This document shows, in pieces, positions 59,299-64,000 of a DNA stretch of 64,000 nucleotides (the stretch's first letter is position 1; every line of letters begins with the position of its first letter). The notes under the pieces were generated by a model, which did no database searches, had not been told where the DNA came from, and was given only the letters and a program-made list of their open reading frames with translations. The DNA is from Mytilus californianus. Lineage: Eukaryota. A program made the position numbers and the translations under genes. Location: contig NW_026262582.1 of NCBI RefSeq assembly GCF_021869535.1, positions 61,566,001 through 61,630,000 of the forward strand, read 5' to 3'.

Positions 59299-61086
59299 GT
59301 ATTGGCCATGATATTTAAAGCAAGGATTTACATACTATTAGTCTGTTTTCTACTTTTTGGTCGGGCTATTGTCTCTTTGACACATTCCCCGTTTCCATTT
59401 TCAATTCAATTAGTATATAAATCCTTGTTTAAAGCTAATATAAGTCACTACACAGTTAATCTTTCATTATAAACACGACAGAGTCTGCGATAAAGACTCA
59501 AGTACACAGTCATGTCTTAATTGAGGTTGGCCATAAACTGATATTGATATCAATCTATCAATCACAACTATTCTCATTCAGGGGCGGGTCCAGGTGAAGG
59601 CGTAATGGGCGTACGCATTCTTTCATGCGTTTTCGCTTTCTCCCTCTGTCTATTAAAATTCATGTATAACCACCATATATATGACAACAGCTGACCATAT
59701 ATTTTTTTTCAATTGTATTTAAAGTCGGGTTTGTACAGCATAGAAAAAACAAGTTTCCGACAATGTTCAACATGCAGAGTATGCTAATAAGCTTTGTTTA
59801 ATGTAGCCCTTTTTAATAATACTGGTATCTATTTATGAACTTCTTTTTTTATATAACTTGGATATGAAACTGGTCGCACTTCTTTTTGGAAGGTATCTGA
59901 ATAATTTCTATTTGTTTTGTTTTGTTATTTGTTATTTAGGGGGAGGACTGGTATATGTGCCGATCGTCTATATATTAATATCTTTTTTTATTCAAGCAAA
60001 ATGTTTCAAGGACGGTATCTGTGACACACATATACTTTGTCTAAGATTACTATGTATAGTAAGACTTTAAACTTTATTGAAAAAGGCTTTTTAAAAAAAA
60101 GAGTTTATTTAATTGATATCCTGTTTTGTTTCAGGATTATGAATTTGTTTTAATTTATCTGTATGGTTTAAGTTATAAGATTTATTTTCATTAAAAAATG
60201 CATTTCTTGATTGTTTATTAATTCAACATTTAAAAACGAAATGGAATTCGTCATCTAATACATCACAATGTGTACATAGTAATCTCAGATCGATCATGTT
60301 TATGGCACGTCCAGTTCAAACCATACTAACGTTTCTCAATAAGAAACAAGTTTATTGAACTCTTACAATTAGAAATGTTTTCTTTGTATGTGTATATATG
60401 CTTAGTAACGGGGGTAAATATAATTGCAGACAGATTTTTTGCTAAGTGCATGTAAATATGTGTGTAACTTATCAAGAATATTCTCATCGTTATTGATCAC
60501 GTATTTGTTGAGGGCCTGCACTGATCGACATTCAATTGATAAGTATTTTTCACAATTTAAACGCATGTGAATTTACAACCTGCATGTGATTGTCTCTAAC
60601 CATCTAACCATTAATTGCACTTTGGTTTACGAGAATAAAGATATATTTGCAGAATGATTTGTTTTAAATATATGTTAAATTTGAATGTATTTCATTTTTG
60701 TATTTTGTTTTGATTTCTAATTTGTGTGTTTTAATTTGTATTTTATTTTTTGTTGTTTTTCGTTGTTGTTATTTTTCTTTTTTTTTCTTTCTTTCTCCCT
60801 TTTTCTAGAGGGAGAGATGGCAAGGAGAAAGACAGTAAATTATAATTAATGATTATTTCCTGGTACTAACTAACTTGCCAGAGTTTCAGTGTGATTAAAT
60901 ATAGTTATGGTAAATGCAATTCAATGTATTATAAATGTTACAGTGTTAGATCTAAAATTGAAATTAACTAACTTTGGTAAAATGAGTCTTCTTTAATATT
61001 CTTATTTTATTCACTGTTATTGATTAATTAAAATTCGTTTGAAAATTGTAACTGTAATTTTCAAAAACCTTCTAAGAACCGATGTC

Positions 61087-61267
61087 TGAGGGTCTGGATG
61101 GGGGTCTTTCGTTTCTGAATTCTGGTCATTTTTCTCCATTGTTTATAAATTTTGCCCATTATTCTCAGACTTTTCTTTATATTCTAGCACCACCTTATCC
61201 TATTGTTTTCTATTCTTATTTTTTTTTGGTCCCATTCTCTAATCTTTAAACCCCATCAAGACACTCA
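61087..61267. mobile_element. MITE-like element
   Basis: TIR tgagggtctggatgggg / ccccatcaagacactca. Confidence 0.55.
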
Positions 61268-63059
61268 TAAATGTATTATTTGTAAATCGTGCAATTTGAT
61301 AAAACGAATGATCGATACTGATTCCAAACAATTTACACGTATATTTGACCTTTCAACAGGTAATCTCAATGGTCAATAAAATATAGTTAGAAAAGCCAAA
61401 ATCATAACGTTTGAGAACATAATAACACAAACGTGACACAAGATAAACCTCGCTCTAAACTGTACCTCGTCTTGAATATGCATGAAATATTTGCCACTGG
61501 ACGTTAACCAACCAACAATCAACTAAACTGAGTTACTCAATGATCAAGCAAAATAATAATTCGATGTTTTATACATTAAAACAGATAGGAAGGAAATGAG
61601 CAGATAAAACATCGTCTTTTTTTAAAACTAGACTGAAGCAAGGGTATCTTAAATTGACGTATAATCTCATCGAATTTTATTTGCGCCAATATCAAATGTG
61701 ATTGCTCAAGAATATCTGTATCGCAAATGTGTCATTTATTTAAGGCATAATCCGGTGTTCCTTTTTTGTTTACTTCATTGCTTACCACCGTATCTAACTT
61801 ACCGTACTACTCAGTATTTGCATGTAATGAGAAAAATAAGGGATTTCATTTAATGGAACGAGAACTGCTTACTCCTTCCGAGTCACACGCGATCGACCAA
61901 AATTTTTGGAGGGGTTCATGTTGCTTAATATCAATTTTCCTTGTAGTGTTTTGCTATGACATCGCTTTTTTTTTATTTATATTTTGATTTGATACATTGA
62001 TATCATATTACCATTTTTCATGCCAATTAATGTGACTCACAACCGGATATAACTGGTCATGAGCGAAATGATGGGGTCGTGTAGTGGTACAGGAGTTGTT
62101 TACCCCTTACCGATTATACCTGCCTTCACCCTAAGATTTTGGTGGAGTGTCATGTTGCTCAATCAACTTTTAGTTTTCGGTTCCGTGTAATAATGTATGG
62201 TTGTTGGTTTTTCCTTTATAGTTTTGCTCTGTATTTTTACTTGTTATTAGGAAAACGACAGGTGCAATTAGCGGAACAGGACATATTTACCAATTTCAGA
62301 GCATATATGGTCACTTCCGCTGATTATGTTACTCATCTTTAGTTTTCCGTGCAATGTTATGTGGACTGCGATTGCTTTTACCCTTTTCCCACAAAACAAA
62401 AACCTGTTGTACACAATTTCTTCCAAATAAAAATGCTGCAATAAAGCAAGTGCGTGCCCTCCGATTTAGCTGGTATTGTTGATTACGTTAGATTTTGTCC
62501 CAAAACAACACATATTCAGTTTGCTGTTACCCAAGACAAGAATATTTGGGAAAGAAAAAGCACACTTACACCGCGTTCAAAAAACTGATGAAAGTTTATA
62601 AGAAGTAACTTCATCGGTATATATTCACCGCGTTGAAGAATACCTTTTTGAGAGGGTTGATTGACACCACTGAATTTTCCCCGTCCGGCAGTAAAATCGT
62701 AGTCAAAGTTGGGCGTCCGTTTGTCTATGCGGGATGTATAAATACGCAGTCATATCCAATCGGAATGCGGACGTTAAATCCGATGCTACATGTAGGGATA
62801 CTGCCACGCTATCTTCAAGTACCATTGAAACAACTCTCTGATGGTTCCGTATGTGGCCTGTTGCACGCAATGTTTTTGCACCTATCCCACGTACCCTCAT
62901 TGTCCAGTTGACATACCTCTTTGAACCTACCTATTGATACAGTATCATTGTTAATTTGTTGTCGTCCTAAATATGCATGGCATCTGGACATTATGCAAAC
63001 ATGCAACAACCAATCACTTATATTTAGCTCTATTAGATGCATTATCACTGAACTAGTAT

Positions 63060-63210
63060 ATATATTTGTTTAGGGGCCAGCTGAAGGACGCCTCCGGGTG
63101 CGGGAATTTCTCGCTGCATTGAAGACCTGTTGGTGGCCTTCTGCTGTTGTCTGTTCTGTGGTCGGGTTGTTGTCTCTTTGACACATTCCCCATTTCCATC
63201 CTCAATTTTA
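63060..63210 (+). repeat. High-copy interspersed repeat
   Basis: The tail ggttgttgtctctttgacacattccccatttccat recurs at about 59360-59410. Confidence 0.65.
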
Positions 63211-63410
63211 TGTCTATCTTACGGTGAACCCTGATATCAAACCTAGGAACAAATGAACCAAGAGAACAATATACAATGTTGCTATGAATACCATACGTAC
63301 TTCCTATGCGTTTTTAATTCTTCTTTAATTTTATATATAGTTTCAACACTCTTTCAATTTTTATTTTCAATTCACATCATAAATTTCTTTACAGAAAAAA
63401 ATAGATCACG

Positions 63411-63534
63411 ATGGGTGACAACAATAGTTTGGTTGGAAAAGTCGGCATATTCATATGTGTTTTACTGATAGCTGGAGCTATACTGATCGCAGTCTTGGTC
63501 GGCACGTCACTGAAAAAACTGGCAACAGGCGAAG
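63411..63534 (+). CDS. SPFH/band-7 paralog C, first coding exon (gene continues beyond the window)
   Basis: Acceptor ttacAG at 63393-63394, ATG 63411, MGDNNSLVGKVGIFICVLLIAGAILIAVLVGTSLKKLATGE, then a phase-1 donor. Same TM + TSLKKL-x-x-x-E architecture and intron phase as A and B. Only this exon is visible. Confidence 0.8.
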
Positions 63535-64000
63535 GTAATAACTTTTATACCAGTCAACAAAAGTAACGACAAACATTATCATCAAATATCATAAATATGG
63601 GGAAAAACTGTTGAATTAAAAATATTCATGTGAAATAAAGCAAATCCACATGACGAGGTCTGAAAGTCAGAAAATGCCGTGTTATTGAACACAGCAGGGA
63701 TTAAATTATTTTGGTAAAAAAAGGCAATTGTGGTTTTAAGTATTTCCAGAGAAAAATAGTATTATATATTTATGGTATTTAGTATTCAAATATCTGTGAC
63801 GGAATTCACAATTTTAATCCGACCATGTTAATTTTTCAATTTACAATTTATCATTTTTATTTTATTAACACCGGTTTTTGAAATTTTGGTTGAACATTTT
63901 CGAATAGAAATTATAATTCGCGTCATTGCATTCAATATCTTGTCTAAAACAAACATTCTGTAAACAGAAGACCAAGTGTCTGCTTCTATTCTATATATCC

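Noticed and set aside
62633-63048. GC-richer stretch with several short ORFs
   Set aside because: It looks like a SINE body (Deu/Meta-like gacgttaaa.ccga motif) rather than a gene, but the family could not be assigned with confidence

Overview
AT-rich eukaryotic DNA, not prokaryotic. The repeat landscape (Penelope-like RT relics, Helentron-type non-autonomous elements, tRNA SINEs, MITEs) suggests a bivalve, probably Mytilus-like; this is inference. Five protein-coding loci are supported: (1) a klumpfuss-type four-C2H2-finger transcription factor (+, 6608-8014); (2) a six-exon membrane-anchored SPFH/band-7 gene, SPFH-A (-, 14849-22909, 302 aa); (3) a single-ORF cGAS-like receptor (cGLR, Mab-21 nucleotidyltransferase; +, 30214-32415) with intact catalytic motifs, no zinc thumb and a roughly 280-aa low-complexity insertion inside its C-lobe; (4) a tandem paralog, SPFH-B (-, 39214-49959, 303 aa); (5) the first coding exon of a third, divergently oriented paralog, SPFH-C (+, 63411-63534). 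I assembled the SPFH exons by hand from GT-AG sites and all phases are consistent. The most interesting signals are the insertion-bearing cGLR, its position inside an SPFH gene cluster, a sharp CpG-depletion contrast between SPFH-B and SPFH-A/cGLR, and a candidate bidirectional promoter between SPFH-B and SPFH-C. Any functional link between the cGLR and the SPFH genes is a hypothesis only. Family assignments come from remembered motifs; no searches were run, and repeat boundaries are approximate unless a TSD is quoted.
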